A stretch of 64,000 bases of DNA from an uncultured Elusimicrobia bacterium (GCA_963702895.1 OY969767.1:768001-832000); one strand, 5' to 3'. Positions 33,001-42,032 are shown, numbered from the stretch's first letter. Notes: generated by a model not told the origin, from the letters alone. Numbers and translations are program-made.

Positions 33001-34594
33001 CTCCAGCCTCACGGGGCCGTTCCATATTCTGGAACCCAGCCTGTTAAGCCTCCTAAGGGCGCTCTATGAACAGGACCGTTACTCCGTTCAAGGATTAGTC
33101 CCTTATATTCGACAGGTCCGGATCAACAACATAAAGGCATGGGATCCTCAAGTCATAGAATTGGACCGTTCCGCTTTTATCATCGATCGAATTCGGCATG
33201 GAATAGGAAATGTCATAGAAATGGTGGAGAACCCTCCTCTGTATGATTCCGAAGATGAAAAACAAAAGGCTTTGCGTGGAGAATTGAAGCCTCAAAAAGG
33301 CGGTCTCCCTCAAGTCGTGATTGGCAAAGACCAGACCTATCTGATGGGGCCAGAAAAGCTTTCTTTGGCTGATCAAAAGAGCGATGCGGTGCAAACTGCC
33401 GGAGAAAAGGAGGCTTTGTCCCGAGAGGAACCTCCTATGCTCAATCTGATGGGGGGTGCTATGGGTTTGGAAGCACTCGCCGTAGCGCTTCCTAAACGAT
33501 TGGAGCCGGGATTTGTCCCTGGAAATGATCAGAGAGGAAATCTTCAATACATAGAAGGGCAATATGTCGTCTTGGAAATGACCCTGGATCTTGGGTTCCG
33601 CAGTTGCTTCTTTTATGTGCCAGGCGCTAAGCTGGAAGATTGGAAGGAAAGAAAATTGAGTCAGGACGACAAGGCTCGTGAAAAACTCGTCTTGATGAAC
33701 AGCGACAAGAAATTCCTCACACTGGCTGCTTATTATGGTTTTAATCCAGCACCCATTGCACAGCGTCACGGAGTGACTATCGAAGATTTAGTAAAGGAGC
33801 TGAGCGAATTCGAATCGAATGAGTACGGAATGGTCGATGTGAGATCTTCCAGAAGCCTGCTGGAAATAAGAGGCCGAGTTGTCGCCGCAGAGGCTATTTT
33901 GAAAGGAAGCACTTCGCCTTCTCCAGTCAACGGCGGTGCCCTGCGCCCCACCGAGGCGCACTGGTTTGCCGGGATCGCAGGAGCAGGCTTAGTCCTGGGA
34001 GCTCTGGTTCAGTTGCCTGTGATGCTCCTCGGCATCTTGGGCGCGTTTGCGGTCGCTGCAGCGGGTCAAGAAATCGCAGTTGTCTCGCGCGCTGTGGCAA
34101 CGCGTGATATCACGGTCCTCACATCTCAGCATCCCATCGCCTGGTATGACTTCACCACCCAGACCGAAGATGTTGAATCGGTACCGGCTATTGCGCGCGT
34201 CTTCGCTCACGCCCATGAGATGGCCAGGGCCTTGACCCAATCACGCGGTGCTGTGGCTCCTCGCTTGGTCGCTCCCTTGACGCTGCCTCTGGCGGTTTTG
34301 GATTACGCCGTGGCGGGTGTCTCTCATGGGATCAACCTGGCGCTTTCGAAGCTGACCCGTGGCCAGATCCCGGTTCCCGATCTGCAAATGTTGAAGAAGA
34401 TGAGGGACGAGCTGCCCAAAATTGAGCATCAGCTCGCTCCCACACGTCAAGCTTTAGCCCCACCTGCCAGCGGCGCATGGAAGAAGGTCTGGGCGGGCAT
34501 TCAAACACGGGCCGGCGCCGTCTGGAAGAACTCCAACGCCCGAACGGAAGCCGCTGAACTCGCCGCGCGAAGGGCTCTAACCACCGCCGCCTAA
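30005..34594 (+). CDS. Large exported protein (ORF3): conserved N-terminal domain, UDP-sugar pyrophosphorylase-like cargo, C-terminal TM hairpin
   Basis: AGGAGG upstream and a signal peptide; IQDLH/AVEGA/GELTG/GVED/VGGFHT domain shared with ORF4; cargo at about 32480-33700 with DGGNASRM, YGFEPENI, LGNG, INN, QKGG. Confidence 0.88.
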   Translation: MFTNNIVNKLKKSLASLLAGLMLLPSLPASSNAFGPSVANPFASLTPPPQVATLVSTSASKKSAERQPQVILIQDLHFNYSVQRNIARLLDFLGQQGVVGSRIAVEGAVGEVDNSLLTEVKNLKVRGELADFLMHNGELTGSQYYSVMSGQPKILQGVEDPAFFQANRDVFRLSYGNRRQASRQISQLRARLETLVPTVCSGSVRRLQSAGKRFEAGRLSMERYWNRLHTLGQSANVPLPVPLENYLLGTPERRSELLLTSDLYQALGDYALAVQAALAKTPVEKNLIRLINEFTLVERALNQHTTLEEIRHVVGRMDQTAALVQLLAKDLKADLGFDVERFKEALRASVDFYVAALMRNEPMLENTLALVRQSNPTTELSNSGATKRRISRPAGPKSGSSDSRLFRPTSAPPSGRSIVLVVGGFHTDYFTRELSRRGVSYAVYAPQVDSHTPADDALYVKRFMGERMTVNEATAWIKAHGGIRGSPRAYQGAGWVPPLRGIQGWLTPLARESERIGSLYGLAPTRFLTRLRDQKRSLDFAKRQQVRTGTLDDLADPAFEDDELVPGGIELKSVLALLLRLSSESDSFPTFPIKEMEFTADEELVVVRNQPQIERVSVETWRTKDRSKFIAIVPREGNETTFKAIIHVDAIRHNPTFKANPYIFWTKFVLHETAEFGMNGQSVSHEVLEENGLDADGDSNITLMQLYKKFSQFIPTIEQELINHHGRRQEAEFAMKAWKYIREQRQEAPADPEKLIETNGPLDEPGRPARPDLHMGNLTPEDIKVISSFARRKGLVPQTGFRPARLQDLEPIDPTRSPDEAVRAHLNGFVITQFFDGGNASRMKKGLASRGLNNVLTATENLALHFLPPGKVLDGVPDPIYWGARTLLRLNQSVRKLARNNPKYGVSELQALKNQRIILHVNDQMLPYIEQDLLDHYFYGFEPENIYILVSRTYNKLVYDAKLKLWVQGRMNEDPDSQSVLGNGTPIEMLLEDRQVYNASSLTGPFHILEPSLLSLLRALYEQDRYSVQGLVPYIRQVRINNIKAWDPQVIELDRSAFIIDRIRHGIGNVIEMVENPPLYDSEDEKQKALRGELKPQKGGLPQVVIGKDQTYLMGPEKLSLADQKSDAVQTAGEKEALSREEPPMLNLMGGAMGLEALAVALPKRLEPGFVPGNDQRGNLQYIEGQYVVLEMTLDLGFRSCFFYVPGAKLEDWKERKLSQDDKAREKLVLMNSDKKFLTLAAYYGFNPAPIAQRHGVTIEDLVKELSEFESNEYGMVDVRSSRSLLEIRGRVVAAEAILKGSTSPSPVNGGALRPTEAHWFAGIAGAGLVLGALVQLPVMLLGILGAFAVAAAGQEIAVVSRAVATRDITVLTSQHPIAWYDFTTQTEDVESVPAIARVFAHAHEMARALTQSRGAVAPRLVAPLTLPLAVLDYAVAGVSHGINLALSKLTRGQIPVPDLQMLKKMRDELPKIEHQLAPTRQALAPPASGAWKKVWAGIQTRAGAVWKNSNARTEAAELAARRALTTAA

Positions 34595-34780
34595 AGCGAC
34601 CGTGGCAGAGTCAATAAAGGGCCCTCCAGTCATATGGGCCTATTGGTCCTGAATAATTAGCTTTTCGCTCTATTCATGCAAAGCTCTGATTACCCTATAC
34701 TTTTCTATGCAAGCTCCCGTTCAGAAGTTGCGACGATGATCAATCGCCGGAACGATGGCGCATCTCAAAAGGAGAATCAC

Positions 34781-37700
34781 ATGGCACGTCCCTTCTTCAA
34801 CAAAGCCCAGCGCGAACGCTTCACCAAGGCCCTCAGCCTTACGCTTTGCCTTGCTTTCATTTTCAGCTCCTCGGTGACCCCGGCCGCAGCAAGCGTGGAA
34901 AACCCCGCCGCACAGGCGGAGTCCGCCCGCGTCGCCCAGTTGACGCCCCCCAGCGAGCTGGGGACCGTGGTGGACGCGCACATTGCGTCCCAAGATCTGA
35001 GTTCTCCGCTCGTCATCCATATCCAGGATCTGCACGCCAATTTCGATGTTCAAACCAAGATCGCCCGGCTCATCGAGTTCTACGATTCGCACCTCCCTCC
35101 CTATAAGGTAGCGGTGGAAGGCGCGGAAGGCCCGATCACCGCGACCCAATTGGGCAAAGTGTCTGACCGCGCTTTTAAGACCAAGGTCTGTGACCGCCTC
35201 ATGAAAAACGCCGAAATCACGGGAACGGAGTACTTCTCGATCGTGAATGGCAAACCCGACCTGCTGTGGGGCGTGGAAGACCATCGCTACCATGAGGCCA
35301 ACATTGCTCTATTCCGGTCTACCTATAAGGGTAAGCGCGAACTCGCTCGCGCCCTGGGCAAGCTCCAGGCGGAATTTGCCCCTATTAAACAGAAGGCCTA
35401 TTCTCGATCCATGCGCAGGCTGGACCGAAAGGCCGCAGCGTACGAGTCTGGAAAAATCGATATTGTGAAATACATCCGTGTTCTGGTGAAACAGGCTTCC
35501 AAGCAGGGTATCGATATCGCCGGTCGCTATCCCGAGATTGCCAAGTGGACCGGATACGCCAAAGCCGATCAATACGCGAACATGGACAAGCTCATGACTG
35601 AGCAAGCGGCCTTGTTGACAGAAGTCCAAACCAGCCTTGCTAAGACAGACCTGCAACGTAACATCGCCTCAACATCCGTTGAGCTGGATGTGCTTCGCCG
35701 TATGTTGACGGAAGAAGTCACAACGGAAGAGGTCCGGCATCTGGCTCCAGAGCTGTCACAGGTGGCCGGCCGGGCGCAGTTTCTCATGGATCAAGCTGGG
35801 GTTTCTTATGAAAAGCAGGGCGCGGCGGATCTCGTGAGCGCCAGCCTCGACTTTTATGCCGTGGCCTTGCTCCGCGATCAACATCTAACGGAAAATGCCT
35901 TAAAACTCATTCAAAGCCCGACCTCTAAAACCCACCATGTAATTTTAGTCGCCGGTGGGTTTCATACGCCGGGGATCACGAAGATCCTGAATCAAAAAGG
36001 TGTTTCCTACATCACCGTCGCGCCCAACGTCACAACCCACACTGCCAGGGACAAACAGCTTTATGTTGCCCGACTCATGGGACGGCATGGGGATCCGGAC
36101 GATATGGCTGCTGGAAATGACATGCTTTCGTGGATGCTCAATACGCCATTCGGTGAGTGGGTCGTGGCCAGGACAGCGCTTCGAACGGCACAGGCTGACA
36201 AAAACCCTCAGATGGCGCGTGAAGTAACGGATGTTTTCGGAGCTCAGACGGCCCTTGCCGTTAATCCGCCTCCCCGTGGGAAACTGCGCGACTACACGGG
36301 CGCGGGTAACACCTCGATTCATATAGCGCTCGATCGTGCAAGAGGTTTATTCTACAGTGACAAATCTGCGGCCGCGTTGCTCCTCTGGGAGCTCAGAGAC
36401 GACATTGCTCTGGCAATGAAATCGAATGATATCGTCCCTTTAATGGATAAATGGAATGAACGGTATCCCCTGAGCAGTGTCAGTGACCCAGGCGTTGATC
36501 TAATGCTGTCAGACCTTCCCCGGGCGTTCGAGGATGCCAACCTACTATTGAGTAGTCTCCCACCCGAGATTGTTGGAGAGGCTGCTTTGGCCATCGCAGC
36601 GCGTGTCCAAGCTGCTGCCGCAGCCAAACAACGAGAAGGAGCGGTGGCGAAACGCGTGACGGCAACAGTCCTGGAATACAATGTGGGTCATTTGTTCGGA
36701 GATGGAACCTTTACGCTCACCGACGCTGTGCTCGATGCCGCGCGTAAAGTTCTGCAGGAACTCAAAGACGCGGGAGTGATCAAAGACTTTGTGGTGAATG
36801 GGTTTGGGCAGGATCTTCACATGCAAATTAATACCTATGGCCGAGGAACGCAAGACCTAACAGTCCAAAGCGTGGGACTCAAAGCGGCACAAGCGGCTGT
36901 TCGAGCGGGTAAGGAGGCGGGCTTGCTGAGGCCGGTTACTTTGGACGATATTACGGCTGACTTCTTTGATCTGAATGCCGCGATGCAGGTTGAAGCCCTG
37001 TTGACACGTCATTCGGAGTTGCCTTTTACGGAACGTGGAGCCGAGCCGATCTCCGTTTCAAAGGCGATCGGAGGCGGAATTGGGTTCTTTAACCGCGCTC
37101 TGGTGAACCTCTATTTTTCCGAGAACGTGTCGGGACCTCGACTGGAAGGCGCCGGGGTCTTTTTTACCGTGGAAAGCGCTGCGGATATACGCGCGGGCAA
37201 CAAGAACCGCAAAGTCTATGTGTTTGGTGATACGCCTTCGTGGCCGGAAGACGGCATTGATTTAGTCCGCCCCAACAGCGACCGGCCTCTCCATGTGCGG
37301 AAAGATCAAATCGGGACGTTTAAGCAGATGTCCGTTCTGATTGGCGATCCTACGACGTGGGTTGTCACGGCCGTCTACGCGGCGCAGGGACGCATGGCGG
37401 AAAGCAAAGAGACAAGAGTGGAACCCATAGCGGTCGTTGGGGTGGAGCGTGTTTACCCGACCAACACGGCTATTCCAACGAGCCCGGTATTGATTGTTCG
37501 CGGACAAGGCGGCGCTCCGGCCATTGGGGAAACTCATATGGCCACGTCAAAGTTTTATTTTGGTCCTGGTGGTGACCACGAAGGGTATTACACGGGATTA
37601 CTTCCTGTAACGCTTGAACAGGCACGCTCGATGCCAGATACCCACATGGTGACCAAAGTCGCCACGTATCACTATCAATCGAAGAAAAAAGGTGAGATGC

Positions 37701-39853
37701 CTCACGGGGACATTTATGACCAAATGGCCGCCGACACAAAGGAGACGGTCGCCCTCCAAACCTCGGCCATGGGGCTCGTGCGCGAAGCAGCGGAGGTCGA
37801 CAACATGGTCCCCTTTATGACGACGGATGAGGCCGAGCGCCAAATGGCTCCTGTGCGCACACGCGTGGCCGATCGTTTCGAACCAGTGCCGGATTATAAA
37901 AAGGGCGAAAAGGATCCTAAAGTTGATAGCGCCAATGCCTTATCGAAGGGTCGCACGCTCTCCGATATCAAAGCGGATGCGGGCGGAAAAGTTGGGCATA
38001 CCGTGGTTCCGAGCTACTTTATTCCTGTGGCCGAAGCCAGTCTCCAGGCCGCCAAGGAAAGCGGTCTTATCGACGATTACAAGGTGTTCTATGCCGGTGA
38101 CGATCTGCACTTGCTCATCACGCATAATCACGGGATCGATAGCAGCATCGTTCATACATTAGCCTGGGAAACATTCATGCGGATTATTTGGGTGGCGAAA
38201 TCCTTGGAGGATAAATGGTATGGATTGGGTCAGGATTTCCCTAATATGCGCGGCCGCCCTGTACACCAAGACGCTAAACTCAATGATGCTTTCATGGCTC
38301 TCTTGAAGGAGAAGCTTCCTCGGGAGCAGTTGATGCAATGGGGTGTCTTGGAATACGCTTACAAGAACCAGACGCCCGTGCAAGGTGAAAGCCCGTTCTC
38401 GGGTAATGTGCAAGGTCAGGGACCTGGATTTGCCGAAATCAATATTCCCGATGAAGGTCCCGTGACCTTCGGTATTTTCGCCGCCGATAAAGCAGGTCCG
38501 GATGCTTTCAATGTTCCTTTGTGGTATGCCCTGCGCAAAGCGGCAGAAGAAGGAACCCTCTCAAGACAATTCGGCGATGTCATTGCCGAAGTCTGGGATA
38601 TTCATCATGCTCAACGCGGAGACTTTAGCTATGCTAACGAAAAGGCGACGCTTCAGGCCTTATTGGCTCCGACGCATCTGAACAGCGTGAAGCGGATCTG
38701 GCAGGCGGGTGCGTCACGGATCCTCGCGGCGCTCTCTGTTGAAAAGCTCGGAATCATCGCAGGGGGCGAATACGTTGGGAAGGACGACCCCGTCTTGATA
38801 GCGACGCCGGAGATCATTAAGGGGTTCTTTCAATTCGCGCGCGACCACTTCTACATGACCCAGGGCAACGCGCGCGGTTCGCATAACGCAGCTCCGAAGC
38901 CCCGCTCATTAAGAGATGGAATCGCAACCGTGAATAGCAAGCCGGTTCAGCTGGGACTGATGGTGCAAGTTGATGGAAAGAACGGTTTGATTGTCAAAGA
39001 TATGTTTGATGACCCAACCTTTCAGAACGCGTATGACCGAGTGGACCGGATCAATAAAGAAGTCTGGAATGCACAAGGCCTCTCCGGCGGGCTCGTCAGC
39101 GTTCCGGCAGCCCAGGTGGAAGCAAACTACCCACTCAGAAAAGAATTGGAGAAGATCACAGGCGAGAATTCACCACATGCAATCGCAACAACCGTGACGA
39201 CACGAGAGGTCTATAACCAGATCGCGGCCGCCAACCGGCCGATCCGGTCGCTGGCCTTCTTAGCTCTTGGCGTCGCCATGACCTTTTTCGGTCCGGTGAT
39301 GGCCGTTGTCGGGTCGATCTACGCGGCCTATCACCTGGTGGCGTTCGGTGCGGGAATGTTTCAAACTCACGGCAATCTCTTCGCCCGCGCGGCGACGCAC
39401 GACAACTGGAAGAACGTGAGTTTCGCGCTTTTTGGCGAGGAAGCGGCGCATGAAGGCCTTTCGCGGATTCCAATCGTCGGCGCCTGGTTGTCCGGCGATT
39501 TGAGAAGCACGGTCCCCGCCAACCGGCGAGTCCTCGGAGCCTTGGCCGGGGCTTGGGATGAAACGTTTGGCGAAGTGTTCAGTAACGCCGTAGCGCCGTT
39601 GCTGATGCTCACGGCCGCTCTAAGCGCTCTCCTCGTGCGGCCGATCGTCAACCGGGGTCTGGTGCCCGACGCCCGGATCAATTCAGGTCTGGTGGGCGGC
39701 ATCGAAGCTCTCAGTCAAGCAAAGGCAATGCTAATGGACCTCACACAGCTTACGGAATGGGCCATTCAGTCCCTCAGGAACGCGGGTGTAAGTGCGAGAG
39801 AAATTGAAGCGATCCAGCAACGTGGCCGACAGGCGATTCTTCGGGCGGCCTGA
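34781..39853 (+). CDS. Large exported protein (ORF4): conserved N-terminal domain plus tandem class V FBP aldolase/phosphatase domains
   Basis: AAGGAG before ATG 34781 and a signal peptide ending PAAA; intact-looking copy at about 37955-39150 (IKADAGGKVGH, GDDLHL, YGLGQD, FSGNV, ADK, EYVGKDDP, RGSH, DMFDDP); degenerate copy at about 36656-37860. Confidence 0.9.
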   Translation: MARPFFNKAQRERFTKALSLTLCLAFIFSSSVTPAAASVENPAAQAESARVAQLTPPSELGTVVDAHIASQDLSSPLVIHIQDLHANFDVQTKIARLIEFYDSHLPPYKVAVEGAEGPITATQLGKVSDRAFKTKVCDRLMKNAEITGTEYFSIVNGKPDLLWGVEDHRYHEANIALFRSTYKGKRELARALGKLQAEFAPIKQKAYSRSMRRLDRKAAAYESGKIDIVKYIRVLVKQASKQGIDIAGRYPEIAKWTGYAKADQYANMDKLMTEQAALLTEVQTSLAKTDLQRNIASTSVELDVLRRMLTEEVTTEEVRHLAPELSQVAGRAQFLMDQAGVSYEKQGAADLVSASLDFYAVALLRDQHLTENALKLIQSPTSKTHHVILVAGGFHTPGITKILNQKGVSYITVAPNVTTHTARDKQLYVARLMGRHGDPDDMAAGNDMLSWMLNTPFGEWVVARTALRTAQADKNPQMAREVTDVFGAQTALAVNPPPRGKLRDYTGAGNTSIHIALDRARGLFYSDKSAAALLLWELRDDIALAMKSNDIVPLMDKWNERYPLSSVSDPGVDLMLSDLPRAFEDANLLLSSLPPEIVGEAALAIAARVQAAAAAKQREGAVAKRVTATVLEYNVGHLFGDGTFTLTDAVLDAARKVLQELKDAGVIKDFVVNGFGQDLHMQINTYGRGTQDLTVQSVGLKAAQAAVRAGKEAGLLRPVTLDDITADFFDLNAAMQVEALLTRHSELPFTERGAEPISVSKAIGGGIGFFNRALVNLYFSENVSGPRLEGAGVFFTVESAADIRAGNKNRKVYVFGDTPSWPEDGIDLVRPNSDRPLHVRKDQIGTFKQMSVLIGDPTTWVVTAVYAAQGRMAESKETRVEPIAVVGVERVYPTNTAIPTSPVLIVRGQGGAPAIGETHMATSKFYFGPGGDHEGYYTGLLPVTLEQARSMPDTHMVTKVATYHYQSKKKGEMPHGDIYDQMAADTKETVALQTSAMGLVREAAEVDNMVPFMTTDEAERQMAPVRTRVADRFEPVPDYKKGEKDPKVDSANALSKGRTLSDIKADAGGKVGHTVVPSYFIPVAEASLQAAKESGLIDDYKVFYAGDDLHLLITHNHGIDSSIVHTLAWETFMRIIWVAKSLEDKWYGLGQDFPNMRGRPVHQDAKLNDAFMALLKEKLPREQLMQWGVLEYAYKNQTPVQGESPFSGNVQGQGPGFAEINIPDEGPVTFGIFAADKAGPDAFNVPLWYALRKAAEEGTLSRQFGDVIAEVWDIHHAQRGDFSYANEKATLQALLAPTHLNSVKRIWQAGASRILAALSVEKLGIIAGGEYVGKDDPVLIATPEIIKGFFQFARDHFYMTQGNARGSHNAAPKPRSLRDGIATVNSKPVQLGLMVQVDGKNGLIVKDMFDDPTFQNAYDRVDRINKEVWNAQGLSGGLVSVPAAQVEANYPLRKELEKITGENSPHAIATTVTTREVYNQIAAANRPIRSLAFLALGVAMTFFGPVMAVVGSIYAAYHLVAFGAGMFQTHGNLFARAATHDNWKNVSFALFGEEAAHEGLSRIPIVGAWLSGDLRSTVPANRRVLGALAGAWDETFGEVFSNAVAPLLMLTAALSALLVRPIVNRGLVPDARINSGLVGGIEALSQAKAMLMDLTQLTEWAIQSLRNAGVSAREIEAIQQRGRQAILRAA

Positions 39854-39912
39854 GCCTCTTGCCCCTTCGATCTGATGCCTGCGCGAGCCGAGCGGCTCCC
39901 GGGTCATCGCAC

Positions 39913-39947
39913 GAGATCCTCGTCGAAAGACGGGGATTTCTTGTTTT
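39913..39947 (+). terminator. Rho-independent terminator after ORF4
   Basis: Stem gagatcctcgtc-GAAA-gacggggatttc followed by ttgtttt. Confidence 0.75.
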
Positions 39948-39953
39948 AGGGGG

Positions 39954-41341
39954 GAGTTCTTGTCAAATGTACTGGAAATAGGGCAACGCCCCTTTCGTTG
40001 AATGTCTCTTAGGCCGCGACCTCCAGCTTCTCTCTTTCCACAAATAGTACTTCAACCAATTCCGGCTTTGCGATCGGCTTCCAGAACTGCGCTAAACGCT
40101 CAATGACCTTGTAGACGAATGCCACGCCTGTTCGGGATTTCTGGAACCGGCGCACGACTCGCGTCCGCAACCGCACTCCCGCGAAGACCGACTCAATCGG
40201 ATTGCTCGTCTTCAAATGGACCCAGTGCTCCTTCGGAAAGTCGAAGTACCTCAGCAACGTGTCATGATCCTTGCGCACACAAGCCGCAGCCTTCGGATAG
40301 CGAATTTCAAGATCCTCAGCCAACAAGGCCAACTGGTTCTCCGCGTCTTCGCGGCGCTCCGCCTGATAGGCCACCCGCAGGCGATTGAGGACTTCATCCT
40401 GCTTAGCCTTCGGCACTTTATCCACGACGTTGCGCATCTTGTGCTTCCAACACCGTTGATCCTTCGCCGAGGGATACACCTCTGCCACCGCCTCCCAGAG
40501 CCCTCCGATCCCGTCGCCGATGACCAACAGCGGAGCAGGCATACCGCGCTCCGCGACCCCTCTCCAGATTTCCTTCCAGGAATCCCGGCTCTCCCGGTAG
40601 CCTTCCATCAGCGCGATCAGTTCCTTCTGGCCTTTCGCGTTGACGCCCACCAGAACCAGAAGCGCTGTGTTCTCTTTTTCCAGCCCCGCTTTTAAATACA
40701 CGCCGTCTGCCCAGACATAGGCGTAACGCGTCTCCGATAGGTCCCGGCGACTGAACGTAGCCAGGTCCGACTGAAACTTCGCCGATAGACGCAGGATCGT
40801 GCTGGCTGATAAGGTGGCTCCATCCCCGATCAGTGCTCGCAACGCCGGCTCAAAGTCCCGACTCGAGAGTCCCTCCAGGTACAGCCGCCGGAATAACTCC
40901 TCGACCCCTTCCGTCCGCCGCTGGTAGGGCCGCAAGATGCTCGACTCAAACTCGCCTCCGTCCACCTGGGGCACCGATAGCTTCAGCCCCGCCCCCAACA
41001 CCGTCACCTTCCGCTCCCGCGTTCCGTTCCGATAGCCTTTCTCCAGATTCTTCGCCCGTTCATAGCGCCGACGCTCTAAATACATCGTCACTTCTTCTTC
41101 CAGGGCCTCCACCAGCATCTTGCGCGCTCCTTCACGGGCCAGATAATCCACCATGCTCTCGCCTTTGTGCTGAGTCCCTTTCTCGTTTACAATGGTTTCC
41201 ATAACGGCGTCTCCTTTTCGTTTATTGTCCGCTCGAACGGACAGGTTTGTGTGTTTCAACGAAAGGGTACGCCGTTTCTATTTCCTAAGGCAAATCCTTC
41301 CTTGCCTTAAAACCTATTTCCAGCACTTTTGATGGTAACTC
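39954..41341 (-). mobile_element. IS256-family insertion sequence, complete
   Basis: Imperfect 29-bp TIRs (gagttcttgtcaaatgtactggaaatagg vs reverse complement gagttaccatcaaaagtgctggaaatagg); 9-bp TSD tttaggggg at 39945-39953 and 41342-41350. Confidence 0.95.
40009..41202 (-). CDS. IS256 (Mutator-family) transposase
   Basis: YRNG, LYLEGLSSRD, YVWADGVYLK, IGDG, QRCWKHK, KTSNPIES; AAGGAG RBS before ATG 41202. Confidence 0.93.
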   Translation of the reverse strand: METIVNEKGTQHKGESMVDYLAREGARKMLVEALEEEVTMYLERRRYERAKNLEKGYRNGTRERKVTVLGAGLKLSVPQVDGGEFESSILRPYQRRTEGVEELFRRLYLEGLSSRDFEPALRALIGDGATLSASTILRLSAKFQSDLATFSRRDLSETRYAYVWADGVYLKAGLEKENTALLVLVGVNAKGQKELIALMEGYRESRDSWKEIWRGVAERGMPAPLLVIGDGIGGLWEAVAEVYPSAKDQRCWKHKMRNVVDKVPKAKQDEVLNRLRVAYQAERREDAENQLALLAEDLEIRYPKAAACVRKDHDTLLRYFDFPKEHWVHLKTSNPIESVFAGVRLRTRVVRRFQKSRTGVAFVYKVIERLAQFWKPIAKPELVEVLFVEREKLEVAA

Positions 41342-41447
41342 TTTAGGGGGGCTGTATGAGGCCCACAGACGCGATGGGACCTTTGGGACGAGATTTATGG
41401 CCATAAGACGGATGGATTGCACGGGAAGAAAGTGACATCCTCATGGT

Positions 41448-41861
41448 ATGAACACGCCATCCTCCAAGACCCATCAGGCCACGATCGTCGTGATTGACGA
41501 TGATTTCGGCATCCGAGAATCCGTCAAAGACATGCTCGCCCTCGAAAACTGGGACTGCGTGATGGCGGAATCCGGCAAAGAAGGCCTGGAACTCATCAAA
41601 GCCCTGAAACCGGAGCTGGTCGTGGTGGACCTTCAGCTTCCGGACATGTCCGGCTTTCATCTTTGCAAGAGGATTAAGCGTGACCCCGCGATGCGCGAGA
41701 CGCCGATTGTCATCATCACAGGGCGCTTTACGGAGCTGCAGGACAAAATTCAGGGATTTGAGTTTGGCGCCGATGAATACTTTTATAAGCCGTTTGAACC
41801 GGCCTTCTTTATCTCGAAAATACGGAGCATTTTGAGGGGGCTGGCGACGAAGGCGGCGTAG
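41448..41861 (+). CDS. Single-domain response regulator
   Basis: IVVIDDD, VVVDLQLPDMSG, IIT, GADEYFYKPF. Confidence 0.9.
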   Translation: MNTPSSKTHQATIVVIDDDFGIRESVKDMLALENWDCVMAESGKEGLELIKALKPELVVVDLQLPDMSGFHLCKRIKRDPAMRETPIVIITGRFTELQDKIQGFEFGADEYFYKPFEPAFFISKIRSILRGLATKAA

Positions 41862-42032
41862 GGAACGTCAACGGCAAACGGCGTCCCCGCGCTGAGTCTC
41901 TGCGGGGACAGTCCCGCGACCTTTAAGAAATAGGATGCGGGACGACAATCGAAAATAGACAATAGACAATTTCTGTGGTGGGGGAAAAAGACGCTTCATT
42001 GCCTGGGACAGGCTATCAAGCGTCTTTTTTAT
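41860..42032. repeat. Direct-repeat unit A (with mini-element at 41884-41942 and a bidirectional terminator-like hairpin at 41985-42030)
   Basis: agggaacgtcaacggcaaacggcg...aatagac...gtggtgggggaaaaagacgct...gcgtctttttt, repeated at 43534-43643. Confidence 0.85.

Noticed and set aside
158..39702. Numerous antisense and off-frame ORFs of 60-460 aa overlapping the giant genes
   Set aside because: Typical shadow ORFs of GC-rich coding DNA with no recognisable motifs.
34634..41389. Shared (a/g)tggg.c.t.tgg..c motif upstream of ORF3, ORF4, the response regulator and the PilZ gene
   Set aside because: Matches are short and degenerate, and cannot be distinguished from chance without genome-wide motif statistics.
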